From Gemmatimonadales bacterium (GTDB taxonomy: Bacteria > Gemmatimonadota > Gemmatimonadetes > Gemmatimonadales > GWC2-71-9): a DNA stretch of 64,000 nt. A program made the translations under genes and the position numbers. The notes beneath the pieces are model-generated. The model had not been told where the DNA came from and did not search any database. It saw only the letters and a program-made list of their open reading frames with translations. Below, piece by piece: positions 47,059 to 56,417 of this stretch. The number at the start of each line of letters is the position of its first letter. Position 1 is the stretch's first letter. The stretch is taken from positions 1,452 to 65,451 of the forward strand of contig JBFJHJ010000001.1 in NCBI GenBank assembly GCA_041613315.1. Reading direction: 5' to 3'.

Positions 47059-49098
47059 TCAATTCGCTCCCGTGACCCGCTCCGCCGCCGCCTTCGTCAG
47101 GTAGCGCTCGAACCAGCTCCGCAGGTAGAGCTGGGTGCGCATGAAGTTCGAGGGCTTGCTCGACGTGCCGTGCCACTCGTCCGTGAAGCGGATCATCGCG
47201 GTGGGCACCTTGAGCACCTTGAGCGCCGAATAGAACTGCTCGGTTTGGGGCATCGGTGTGCGCAGGTCACGCTCGCCGGTCATGAGCATGGTCGGAGTCT
47301 TCACGTTGCCCACGTACATGAGGGGCGAGCGCCGCAGGTGCTCTGACGGGTCATCCCACGGCAACGACGCGAAATTCCGGTACCACGAGATCCCGTCGGT
47401 GGTCCCCACGAACGACAGCCAGTCGGTCACGGGGCAATTCGCCGAGGCGGCGGCGAAGCGGCCGGTGTGTCCCACGATCCAGGACGTGAGGACGCCGCCG
47501 CCGCTGCACCCGTAGACGAAGAGGTTCCGTTCGTCCACGTAGCCACGCGCCAACACCGTATCCACTCCGGTCATCAGATCGTCGTAGTCTTTGCCGGGAT
47601 ACGCGTTCTTGATGGCGTTCCCGAATGCGCTCCCGTATCCCGAGCTGCCGCGGGGATTCGTGTACAGCACGACGTACCCGTTGGCCGCGTGCTCCTGCCA
47701 ACCGAAGTTGAACCCGACGCCGTACATACCGTGCGGCCCACCGTGGATCGCGAGGATCAGCGGATACATCTTGGACGGGTCGAAGTCCGGCGGTTTCACG
47801 ATCCACCCCTGGATGCGGTACCCGTCCAGCGAGGTGTACCACAGCTCTTCCACCTCCCCGAGCCGCCGGCCGGCGAGTACGTCGCCGTTCACGTCGGTCA
47901 GGGCGCGGATGGCGGGACGGGTGACCGTGAAGGTCACGATGTCACCCGGCGCGTGCGGCGCCGTCAGCGTCCCGACGGCTTGTCCCGTTCGCGCGAGGCT
48001 TCCGAGGGCGAGCAGATGGGTTCCTTGCGTGACCTGACGCGGCTCGCCGCCTCGAACGGCGGCGAAGTACACGTTGCTGGTTCCACGGTCGTCCGCCGTG
48101 AAGTAGAGCCCCGTGTTGTCCGACGCCCACAGGGGATCCTCGGGCGACCGGTCGAGGCGCCCGGAGATCTCGCGCGGCTGCGACCCGTCGCGGTTCATCA
48201 CGTAGAGCCGCGAGGTGATATAGGTGTCGTCCGTCCAGTCGTACCCCGTATACGCGACCAGGCGACCATCGGGGGAGACGATCGGGCCGCGGTCGGGTCC
48301 CCGGCGGGTGGTGAGCTGGCGGATGGCGCCGCTTCGGACGTCGACCGCGTAGATCTCCGACTCGCGCCACTGGTACTCGGCGTCCGCGATCCGGAGGCCC
48401 GAAAACAGGATCTCGGTGCCGTCCGGCGTCCAGGCGGGATCGTCGTGATGCCATGTGCCGTCGGTGAGCTGCCGCGGTGTGCCGGCCGTCGCCGGGACGA
48501 TGAACACATGGCGCCACCCGCCGTCGGTGTACCCGATGCGATCGCGCCGGTACGTCGCCCGCGTCACGATCTTGGGGTCCGCCGTCCATTTGGCGCCCTC
48601 CGGTCGCGCCGGGAGCTTGATCGGCCAGCGTTCCTCATCGTCGACCAGCATGGTGAACGCGAGGTGCTCGCCGTCCGGCGACCACACCACGTCCCCCGGG
48701 GAATGGTCGACCCGCGTGATCTGAGTGGTCGCCCCCTCGGCGTCCATCCAGCGGACGAACAACTGCGTCCCCTTGGGCTCGCCGTCGCGGAGGAACGCGA
48801 TCCGCGTCCCGTCGGGGGACCAGCGCGCGGAGGCCCCGTCGGTGAGGAAGCGGTTCCGCCGTCCGTCCGCGTCCATGATCCAGAGGGACGACTCCCAGCG
48901 GTCGTTGATCTTGTCGACCCAGCGGCGCGTGTAGATGATCTGCCGGCCGTCGGGGGAAATCTGGGGGTCGCGGACGCTTTCCCATTCGAGAAAGAGGTCG
49001 AGGCTGAGGCGCTCGCTCCGGGTCTGCGCGGTGGCGGGGGTCCCAGCCACGGCGAGCAGCGCGATGATCGACACGGGCATGACGCGACGGTCAAACAT
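47059..49098 (-). CDS. S9-family serine peptidase (prolyl oligopeptidase/acylaminoacyl peptidase) with beta-propeller
   Basis: Start at ATG 49098 (MFDRRVMPVSIIALLAVAGTPATAQ signal) within ORF 47059..49194. TolB-like repeats and the nucleophile motif YGCSGGG. Confidence 0.9.
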   Translation of the reverse strand: MFDRRVMPVSIIALLAVAGTPATAQTRSERLSLDLFLEWESVRDPQISPDGRQIIYTRRWVDKINDRWESSLWIMDADGRRNRFLTDGASARWSPDGTRIAFLRDGEPKGTQLFVRWMDAEGATTQITRVDHSPGDVVWSPDGEHLAFTMLVDDEERWPIKLPARPEGAKWTADPKIVTRATYRRDRIGYTDGGWRHVFIVPATAGTPRQLTDGTWHHDDPAWTPDGTEILFSGLRIADAEYQWRESEIYAVDVRSGAIRQLTTRRGPDRGPIVSPDGRLVAYTGYDWTDDTYITSRLYVMNRDGSQPREISGRLDRSPEDPLWASDNTGLYFTADDRGTSNVYFAAVRGGEPRQVTQGTHLLALGSLARTGQAVGTLTAPHAPGDIVTFTVTRPAIRALTDVNGDVLAGRRLGEVEELWYTSLDGYRIQGWIVKPPDFDPSKMYPLILAIHGGPHGMYGVGFNFGWQEHAANGYVVLYTNPRGSSGYGSAFGNAIKNAYPGKDYDDLMTGVDTVLARGYVDERNLFVYGCSGGGVLTSWIVGHTGRFAAASANCPVTDWLSFVGTTDGISWYRNFASLPWDDPSEHLRRSPLMYVGNVKTPTMLMTGERDLRTPMPQTEQFYSALKVLKVPTAMIRFTDEWHGTSSKPSNFMRTQLYLRSWFERYLTKAAAERVTGAN

Positions 49099-49232
49099 GG
49101 ATCCCTCCGCATGTGGGCGTGCCTGCCGGATATTGCCGATGGGACCGGGAGGCGCCAGGGGGTGGTCGGGGAGGTCACCGGCGTCGTGGCCCAAAGATTG
49201 ACGCCGTCCCGCTGCGCTTCGAACTTGAGCGT

Positions 49233-50297
49233 ATGGACAGTTCCGTCGTTGCGGTGGCCGTCTTGGGCGTGACGGTGCTGCTGCGGATCGCGCTGATCCT
49301 CCTCGTCATCTGGCTGCTCGTCCCACGCCGGCGCAGCTGCCCGCAGTGCGGAGAGGCGAGCGCCAGGGTCGTGGCGTCGCGCGTGCTCCGGCTCCTGTTG
49401 CTCGAGCGCCGCTGGTGCCTCCGCTGCGGGTGGGACGGGATCGCGAAGTGCCCGCCCGGCGGTGAGCGCTCAGCGAGGCGGTCCACCGCCCCGACCGCGC
49501 ACCTGCTGTTCCTGGTGGCGCTTCCCTGGTTGGGGTGCGACCGGGGGGATGACGTGCGCCGACTGTTCGACGATCCGTCGGCCTGGGTCGATCTCACCTA
49601 TGCGTTCGATGCCCAGACGATCTACTGGCCCACGGCTGACGGGTTCAGCCTCGAGGTCGTCGCGGCCGGCATGACGCCGCAGGGATACTATTACGCCGCC
49701 AACAACATCCGCACCTCCGAGCACGGCGGAACGCACCTCGACGCGCCGCTCCACTTCGCCGAGGGCCGTCACGCGACCGATCAGATCCCCCTGGCGCAAC
49801 TCGTGGGGCCGGCCGTCGTCGTGGACGTGACGGGAAAGACGGCGGCCGATCGCGATTACCGCATTACGGCCGCGGACCTGCAGGCGTTCGAGACGGCGCA
49901 TGGGCGCATCCCGGACGGGGCGATCGTGCTGTTCCGGACGGGGTGGGGTGCCAAATGGCCCGATCGGGCGGCGTACCTCGGGACGGCGGGCCGCGGGGCA
50001 GCCGCCGTCGCGGAGCTGCGTTTTCCGGGGATCGACACGACGGCCGCCCGCTGGCTGGTCCGCGAGCGGCGAATCGATGCCGTCGGCATCGACACGCCGA
50101 GCATCGATTACGGACAGTCATCCACCTTCGATACCCACCGCATCCTCTATGCGGTAGATATCCCGGCCTTCGAGAACGTCGCGAACCTCGACCGTATGCC
50201 GGAGACGGGCGGTTACGTCGTGGCGCTACCGATGAAGATCGCTGGGGGAAGCGGCGGCCCACTCAGGATCGTCGGGGTAGTTCCACCGCCGCGTTAA
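49233..50297 (+). CDS. Cyclase-family protein (kynurenine formamidase-like) with N-terminal TM plus zinc-ribbon extension
   Basis: Motif EHGGTHLDAPLHF. The start is uncertain. The N-terminal 75 aa contain a TM helix and CPQCG...CLRCG, followed by a second signal/lipobox-like segment (HLLFLVALPWLGC). Confidence 0.7.
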   Translation: MDSSVVAVAVLGVTVLLRIALILLVIWLLVPRRRSCPQCGEASARVVASRVLRLLLLERRWCLRCGWDGIAKCPPGGERSARRSTAPTAHLLFLVALPWLGCDRGDDVRRLFDDPSAWVDLTYAFDAQTIYWPTADGFSLEVVAAGMTPQGYYYAANNIRTSEHGGTHLDAPLHFAEGRHATDQIPLAQLVGPAVVVDVTGKTAADRDYRITAADLQAFETAHGRIPDGAIVLFRTGWGAKWPDRAAYLGTAGRGAAAVAELRFPGIDTTAARWLVRERRIDAVGIDTPSIDYGQSSTFDTHRILYAVDIPAFENVANLDRMPETGGYVVALPMKIAGGSGGPLRIVGVVPPPR

Positions 50298-50316
50298 CGA
50301 GCCGGGTGCCCGCCGC

Positions 50317-52875
50317 TCACTCCCCCATCTCCCGCATCACGGCCAGCGGCGCGCGCCGAAACACCTCGCGGCTGTTGAGCACCCCGATCACCGTGGCCGC
50401 CGCCACCACCGCGAGCGTCAGCACGAGCAGCGGGAGCGGCGCCAATCGAAAGTCGAGCCGGAAGAAGAAGGTGGTGAGCGCCCAGCCGGCTGCGCCCGCC
50501 AGCAGCGCGCCGGTGAGCCCCGCGAGCGTCCCGAGCGCCAGGTACTCGGTCACCAGGATCTTGATGACCTGACGGGCGCGGGCGCCCAGCGTCTTGAGCA
50601 GAACGCTCTCGCGGAGCCGCTGGAATCGCGACGTGGCGATTGCGCCGAACAACACGATGCCGCCGCTGGCAATACTGAAGAGGGCCATGAAGCGAATCGC
50701 CAGGGCCACGCTGCCCAGCAGCGTGTCGAGCGTCTGCTGGAGCAGCGTCAAGTCGATCGCCGAAATGTTGGGGTAGCGCAGCACCATGTCGCGCTGGAGC
50801 TCGGCGCGCGTCGTGGGGTCGCCGACCCGGGTGAGCGTGACGAAGCTCTTGGGGGCCTGCTCGAGGACACCAGGCTCGAACACGACGAAGAAGTTGGGCT
50901 CGAACCGCGCCCAGTTCACTTCTCGCACGCTCGCGACCTCGGTCTCGACCTCGACGCCCTGCACGTCCCAGGTGATCCGGTCGCCGATCCCGAGCCGCAA
51001 CTCCTGGAGCAGCCCTTCCTCGACGGACACGCGCGGCAGGCCAGACGAGGAACGGCGTCCCCCTCGGCCCGGCTCGTCCCACCAGGCGCCGGCCACGAGG
51101 CGCTCCGTCCGCACCAACGTGTCGCGATAGGTGTTCCGGTATTCGCGGCGCAGCGCCCAACGCGCCGGACGAACCCCGGCACTGTCCGCCGCGATCTCGT
51201 CCGTCGTACGCCCATTGAGCCGCGCGATGCGGGCCGGCACGATCGGCGTCATGGCGGGCGCTTCTACGCCGCGCTCGTGAACCAGGTCCTCCACGCCCGC
51301 CCGCTGATCCTCCTGAATGTCGAACACCACGAGGTTCGCCCGCCCGGGACCGGTGTCGACGGTGATCGCGTCGAGTAGGTTCTGTTGCACCACGGCCAGC
51401 GTGCCCAAGAGGAACACGCCGAACCCGACCGCCAGCGTCACGGCGACGGTCTGGTTGTGCGGGCGGAACAGGTTGGCGATCCCCTGGCGGACCACGTACG
51501 GCGCGCGCCGTGGGAAGTAGCGGCGCGTGGCTCGTGTGAGCGCCCAGGCGAGGCCCCCCAAGACGACCGTCGTGGCCCCGATAGCGACCGCGAACGCAAT
51601 GCCCGCCCCCGTGGCGGGCGCCTGCCACAGACTCAGCAGCAGCACGGTGGCGCCGAGCGCCAGGTACGCGGCGAAGCGCACGAGATCTCGGCGCGGGCGG
51701 TCGCCTTCTTCCTCGCGGCGCAGCGCTCGAAGCGGCGTCACGTCGCGTACCGCGAGCAGCGGGAGTAGGGCGAACAGCACCGCCACCCACACGCCGATCC
51801 CGAGCCCGGCGACGATGGCCCCACCGTCGAGGGACGGCTGGACCTCGAGAGGCAGGAAGTCCGCGAGGAGTACGGGGAGCGTCCGTTGCACGGCCACTCC
51901 GACGAGAGCGCCGGCAGCGGCGCCAACGAGTCCCATCAGCGCGGCCTGGAGCACGTAGACGCCGAAGACCGTGCGCTGCGTCGCCCCGACGCAGCGCAGC
52001 ACGGCCACCGTCGCCAGCTTGTCTTTCACGAAGACGTTGACAGCGCTGGCCACGCCGATGCCGCCCAGGATCAAGGCCACCAGCCCCACGAGTCCGAGGT
52101 AGCGAGCCAGCATGTCGAGCGACTCGGTGAGCTCTTCTTCGCGCTCCGACACCGTGTCGTACCCCACCCGTTGCGACTCGAAGAGCGCGTTGTGCCGGTT
52201 CAGGAACCGTTCCACGCCGCCGGCGTCGGCGAACCGGAGGTACGCCGTGTAGAACGCGCGGCTCCCAAAGGTGAGGAGGCCCGTGTCGTCGAGGTATCGG
52301 CCCGGGATGTACACGCGCGGCCCGAGGGCCGAGCGGAGACTCACCTCGCCCGGCACGCGCGCCAGCGTCCCGATGATGACGAAGCGCACCTCGCCGATGC
52401 TGAGCGTGTCGCCGAGCCGGGCGTCCAGCTGCACGAGCACGGCCGGGTCCACCAGGGCGCGGCGGTCGTCCTGAAGGGTCGTCCACAGGCCGGGTGGGTC
52501 GGTGTCGATGGTGCCGTAGTAGGGATACCCACCCGTCACGCCGCGGACGTTGACCAGGCGCGTGAGGCCGCTTCGGCGGGCCAGCGCCATCGAGCCGAAG
52601 CTGGTGACGTACGCGACCGGGGTGCCCCGTGCGGTCATCGAGTCCAGCACGGCGCGCACCGAGTCGGGAAAGGGGCGCCGGCTCCGGAGCTCCAGATCCG
52701 CTCCCAGCAGGTTGCGGGACTGATCCCGGATCGCGTTGGCCACGTCGCCGCGGAACCCGTTGATGGCGACCAAGGCGGCAACGCCGATGGAGATCGAGAA
52801 CATGTAGAGCCCGATCCGCCGCCAGCTCGCGCGACCCTCCCGCCGGGCCATCGCGAGCGTGAAGGACAGGTTCAC
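50317..52875 (-). CDS. FtsX-family ABC transporter permease (YbbP/MacB-like, duplicated FtsX domains)
   Basis: 852-aa polytopic ORF starting MNLSFTLAMARREGRASWRRIGLY... Its start overlaps the upstream ATPase stop. Confidence 0.9.
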   Translation of the reverse strand: MNLSFTLAMARREGRASWRRIGLYMFSISIGVAALVAINGFRGDVANAIRDQSRNLLGADLELRSRRPFPDSVRAVLDSMTARGTPVAYVTSFGSMALARRSGLTRLVNVRGVTGGYPYYGTIDTDPPGLWTTLQDDRRALVDPAVLVQLDARLGDTLSIGEVRFVIIGTLARVPGEVSLRSALGPRVYIPGRYLDDTGLLTFGSRAFYTAYLRFADAGGVERFLNRHNALFESQRVGYDTVSEREEELTESLDMLARYLGLVGLVALILGGIGVASAVNVFVKDKLATVAVLRCVGATQRTVFGVYVLQAALMGLVGAAAGALVGVAVQRTLPVLLADFLPLEVQPSLDGGAIVAGLGIGVWVAVLFALLPLLAVRDVTPLRALRREEEGDRPRRDLVRFAAYLALGATVLLLSLWQAPATGAGIAFAVAIGATTVVLGGLAWALTRATRRYFPRRAPYVVRQGIANLFRPHNQTVAVTLAVGFGVFLLGTLAVVQQNLLDAITVDTGPGRANLVVFDIQEDQRAGVEDLVHERGVEAPAMTPIVPARIARLNGRTTDEIAADSAGVRPARWALRREYRNTYRDTLVRTERLVAGAWWDEPGRGGRRSSSGLPRVSVEEGLLQELRLGIGDRITWDVQGVEVETEVASVREVNWARFEPNFFVVFEPGVLEQAPKSFVTLTRVGDPTTRAELQRDMVLRYPNISAIDLTLLQQTLDTLLGSVALAIRFMALFSIASGGIVLFGAIATSRFQRLRESVLLKTLGARARQVIKILVTEYLALGTLAGLTGALLAGAAGWALTTFFFRLDFRLAPLPLLVLTLAVVAAATVIGVLNSREVFRRAPLAVMREMGE

Positions 52876-53573
52876 GGCCGGACGCCCGCCGACGCGGAGT
52901 CGGAAGCGATCCGCCCACCCGAAAGCCGCACCACTCGATGTGCCCGCGTGGCGAGCTCCTGATCGTGCGTCACGAGCACCAGCGTCGTTTTCGCCTCGCG
53001 ATTGAGCGCCACCAGCAGATCGATGATCGCATGGCCGGTTTCGGCGTCCAGGTTGCCCGTGGGCTCGTCCGCGAAGAGGATCCGCGGCTCGTTGGCGAAG
53101 GCGCGGGCCAGGGCGACGCGTTGCTGTTCCCCGCCCGAGAGCTGCGCCGGATAGTGGTCGGCCCGGTCCCCGAGTCCCACCTTGGTCAGCAGCTCGAGCG
53201 CCCGCCGGTCGGCGTCACGCCCGTTGCGGCCGGCCCACCGCAGCTCCATCGGCACGAGCACGTTCTCGAGCGCTGTGAGGGTCGGGATGAGCTGGAACGT
53301 CTGGAAGACGAATCCCACCTTCTCCGCCCGGAACCCCGCCCGCTCGTCCTCCGTCAGCGCATCGAGATCCTGGCCGTCCAGACGCACGGTGCCGGCCGTG
53401 GGCCGGTCGAGTCCGGCCAGCAGGCCGAGCAGGGTGGTCTTCCCACTCCCGGAAGGCCCCACGATGGCGACGAACCCCTCCGGCTCCACCGACAGGTTGA
53501 TTCCCGTCAGCACGCGGAGCGGACGGCCCCCGCTGGTGTATGTTTGTTCGAGATTCTCGGCGACGATCATCAT
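52872..53573 (-). CDS. ABC transporter ATP-binding protein (YbbA/LolD-like)
   Basis: Start at ATG 53573 (MMIVAENLEQ...) within ORF 52872..53924. Motifs GPSGSGKTT, LSGGEQQR and LFADEPTGNLD. Confidence 0.9.
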   Translation of the reverse strand: MMIVAENLEQTYTSGGRPLRVLTGINLSVEPEGFVAIVGPSGSGKTTLLGLLAGLDRPTAGTVRLDGQDLDALTEDERAGFRAEKVGFVFQTFQLIPTLTALENVLVPMELRWAGRNGRDADRRALELLTKVGLGDRADHYPAQLSGGEQQRVALARAFANEPRILFADEPTGNLDAETGHAIIDLLVALNREAKTTLVLVTHDQELATRAHRVVRLSGGRIASDSASAGVRP

Positions 53574-54270
53574 GGCTCGAAAGGTACTCTTGGCGGCGCT
53601 CGCGGCGCTCGTGGGCTGCGGGTCGGAGCAGCAACCCCGGGAGGTCGTACGCCCCGGGGGCGCGGAGGTTTCGCCGGCCCGGGCGCCCGGCGGCAGCGGG
53701 GCGCCCGCGGTCCTGTTTCTCGGGACCAGCCTCACCGCGGGGCTCGGCCTCGATCCCGATGAGGCGTTCCCCGCGCTGATCGCGCAACGAATCGACTCGG
53801 CCGGCCTGCCGTTTCGCGTCGTGAACGCCGGCGTGTCGGGAGAGACCTCCGCCGGTGGCCTCGCGCGCATCGACTGGCTCCTGCGCCAGCCGGTTGCGGT
53901 TCTCGTGCTCGAGCTGGGCGCCAACGACGGCCTCCGCGGTCAGGACCCCGACGCGATGCGGCGAAACATTCAGCAGATCATTGACCGGACGCGGGCCGCC
54001 CATCCCGACGCCCGGATCGTAATCGCCGGCATGCAGGCGCCCCCCAACATGGGCGGCTTCTACACCGATGCCTTTCGGGAGGTGTTTCCCGCCATCGCAC
54101 GCGCCAACGGCGCCGCCCTCATCCCCTTCCTGCTGCAGGACGTCGCTGGCCACCGCCGGCTGAACCAGGCGGACGGGATCCACCCCACGGCGGCGGGGCA
54201 GCGCATCGTGGCGGAGAACGTCTGGAAGGTGCTGGGGCCGGTGCTCAAGAACCTCGCCGCGACCTCCTGA
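53572..54270 (+). CDS. SGNH/GDSL-family arylesterase/thioesterase (TesA-like) lipoprotein
   Basis: ATG 53572 is in frame with ORF 53182..54270. MARKVLLAALAALVGC carries a lipobox. SGNH blocks FLGTSLTAG, GANDG and DGIHP are present. Confidence 0.85.
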   Translation: MARKVLLAALAALVGCGSEQQPREVVRPGGAEVSPARAPGGSGAPAVLFLGTSLTAGLGLDPDEAFPALIAQRIDSAGLPFRVVNAGVSGETSAGGLARIDWLLRQPVAVLVLELGANDGLRGQDPDAMRRNIQQIIDRTRAAHPDARIVIAGMQAPPNMGGFYTDAFREVFPAIARANGAALIPFLLQDVAGHRRLNQADGIHPTAAGQRIVAENVWKVLGPVLKNLAATS

Positions 54271-54288
54271 TCGGTGCGCGCGCTGTAG

Positions 54289-55128
54289 TCACCCCGCGGC
54301 GATCAGCCGCGCGCTCACCTCCCACAGCCGCTGTTGGGCGTCCCGGTCGTACGAGCGAGCGGAGGAGCGTCGGGGGGCGCGGCGGACGAAGTATTGGCCG
54401 GTGATGCCCTCCACCTTCGGCGAGACCGCCAAATGGATCGCGGTCGCGGCGCCCCTGGCCGGGCGCCCGTAGCCCAGGCTCAGCAGCCAGGCAAGGGAGC
54501 GCGGCAGGGGCGTCAGGTCGCGGGCGAGCCCGGTCCGGATGACGCCGGGGTGCAGGCAGTTGGCGGTGACGCCGGTGCCCTCCAGGCGGCGGGCCAGTTC
54601 GTAGGTGAAGAGCACGTTCATGAGCTTGGTGCTCGCGTATCGGCTCCAGCGGCCGTAGCGGCGCTCGGCCTGGAGATCGTCAAAGTCGAGCCGGGCCACC
54701 CGATGGGCGTCGGATGAAACGGTGACGACGCGCGCCGGGGCGCTCGCCCCAAGGCACTCGCGGAGCAGCGCCGTCAGCAGGAACGGCGCCAGGTGATTCA
54801 CGGCGAGTTGCAGCTCGATGCCGTCGTCCGAGACTTGCCGGCGTCGGGGGACGACCCCCGCGTTGTGCACGAGGACGTCGACGCGGCCGAACCGCTCCGT
54901 GTACGCCGCCGCCAGACGGCGGATCGAGCCACCGGAGGCCAGGTCCGCCAGCATCACGTGCACCTTTTCGTTCCGCGTCCGCCGCCGGATGCGGGCGGCG
55001 GCCTCCTGCGCGGCCTGGAGATCCCGGCACACGAGCACCACATTCGCCCCGGCAGCGGCGAGCCCTTCGGCGATGGCTCGCCCGATGCCGCGGTTGGCGC
55101 CGGTGACCAAGCAGACTTTATCGTGCAT
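54289..55128 (-). CDS. Short-chain dehydrogenase/reductase
   Basis: Start at ATG 55128 (MHDKVCLVTGANRGIG...) within ORF 54289..55182. YxxxK motif YASTKLMN. Confidence 0.85.
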   Translation of the reverse strand: MHDKVCLVTGANRGIGRAIAEGLAAAGANVVLVCRDLQAAQEAAARIRRRTRNEKVHVMLADLASGGSIRRLAAAYTERFGRVDVLVHNAGVVPRRRQVSDDGIELQLAVNHLAPFLLTALLRECLGASAPARVVTVSSDAHRVARLDFDDLQAERRYGRWSRYASTKLMNVLFTYELARRLEGTGVTANCLHPGVIRTGLARDLTPLPRSLAWLLSLGYGRPARGAATAIHLAVSPKVEGITGQYFVRRAPRRSSARSYDRDAQQRLWEVSARLIAAG

Positions 55129-55247
55129 TGGGATGCCGTACGCTGTGGGTTGGGGTCGGCGGGCGCTGCGCCGAAGTTGCATGTTGCGGCACTCCCCAAC
55201 AAGCCGTCACGTCTGACGGGCGACGGACAACGGACCACACGCGAGCC

Positions 55248-55877
55248 ATGCAACTGCTCCGCCCGACCAAGATCGTCTGCGTAGGCCGCAACTACGCGGC
55301 GCACGCGAAGGAGCTGGGCAACCCGCTGCCGGAGCGCCCGCTCCTCTTTCTCAAGCCGCCGTCCGCGCTGATCGGGGACGGGGCCGCGATCGTGCTCCCC
55401 GCGGACTCGCAGCGCGTGGAGCACGAGGCGGAGCTCGGTATCGTGATCGGCCGGCGGTTGCGGAGAGCGGACGAGGCCGCGGCGCTCGCCGCGGTTCGCG
55501 GGGTGACGTGCGTCAACGACGTCACGGCGAGGGATCTGCAACACACCGACGGCCAGTGGACGCGGGCCAAAGGGTTCGACACCTTCTGTCCGGCGGGCCC
55601 GCGCATCGTGCCGCTCGCTGACCTCCCGCCGCTGGACGCGCTCGAGGTGATCTGCCGCGTGAACGGGGACGAGCGTCAGCACGGCCGGTCGGGCGACCTG
55701 ATCTTCGGCGTGCCGGCGCTCCTCGCCTATGTCTCCTCCATCATGACCCTCGAGCCGGGCGACCTGGTGGCCACGGGTACGCCCGCGGGTGTGGGGCCGC
55801 TGACGGTGAATGATGTGGTGGAGGTGGAAATCCCTGGCGTGGGCGTGTTGCGGAATCCCGTGCGGGCGGGCGCGTGA
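55248..55877 (+). CDS. Fumarylacetoacetate hydrolase family protein
   Basis: Start at ATG 55248 (MQLLRPTKIVCVGRNYAAHAKELG...) within ORF 55128..55877. Motifs EAELGIVIG and GTPAGVGP. Confidence 0.85.
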   Translation: MQLLRPTKIVCVGRNYAAHAKELGNPLPERPLLFLKPPSALIGDGAAIVLPADSQRVEHEAELGIVIGRRLRRADEAAALAAVRGVTCVNDVTARDLQHTDGQWTRAKGFDTFCPAGPRIVPLADLPPLDALEVICRVNGDERQHGRSGDLIFGVPALLAYVSSIMTLEPGDLVATGTPAGVGPLTVNDVVEVEIPGVGVLRNPVRAGA

Positions 55878-55879
55878 CG

Positions 55880-56395
55880 TCAGTCGGCGCGCACCACTAA
55901 GACTCTGACCGTCCGGCCGAGGGGCGTCGCCGCCGAGACGTATCCGATCGCGTTCGTGTCTCGGGCGACGAACTCCAGCATCTCGGCATCGGATGCGCGC
56001 TCGACCGGCGGAACGGCATGGCCGGTGAAGATCTGCCGGTGCCAATAGGCGCGAATGGCGGACACGGACCGGCCGTGGACGTCGCGCGTGAACCGCTCGC
56101 GGACCGGGGAGTTTGGGGCAAGGTCCGCAGCCGCGATGCCGCCCCCCTCCGGCCAGCGCGTCATCTGTTTCAAGAAGATGCGGGAGAGGTCATCACGACT
56201 GATGGTGGTGATGGGATTGGCGGCGTTGACGATCACGTGGTATTCGACACGCTGGGCGGCGAGCGGCCGCGCGGGAAGGAGCGCGCCGAGCGCGCCAAGC
56301 ACCACACCGATCACGGGCCACGGCCCGTACCACGCGCGCGTCCCGCGGGCTTTCCAGGCGCGACGCCGGGGCGTCGCGGCACCAAACGAGTGCAC
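55880..56395 (-). CDS. PstS-like periplasmic substrate-binding-domain protein (short, orphan)
   Basis: GTG 56395 is in frame with ORF 55880..56599. TM/signal segment WPVIGVVLGALGALL, then VNAANPITTISRDDLSRIFLKQMTRWPEG...IGYVS. Confidence 0.55.
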   Translation of the reverse strand: MHSFGAATPRRRAWKARGTRAWYGPWPVIGVVLGALGALLPARPLAAQRVEYHVIVNAANPITTISRDDLSRIFLKQMTRWPEGGGIAAADLAPNSPVRERFTRDVHGRSVSAIRAYWHRQIFTGHAVPPVERASDAEMLEFVARDTNAIGYVSAATPLGRTVRVLVVRAD

Positions 56396-56417
56396 GTCGT
56401 CCACCGAGCCCGGCCGG

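Noticed and set aside
50294-52918. 874-aa same-strand, alternative-frame ORF overlapping the FtsX permease, and likewise 5552..7246(-) overlapping the SSF transporter.
   Set aside because: The alternative frames encode Arg/Gly/Pro-rich low-complexity sequence. The chosen frames encode coherent multi-TM proteins with family-typical N-termini and coupled start/stop junctions.
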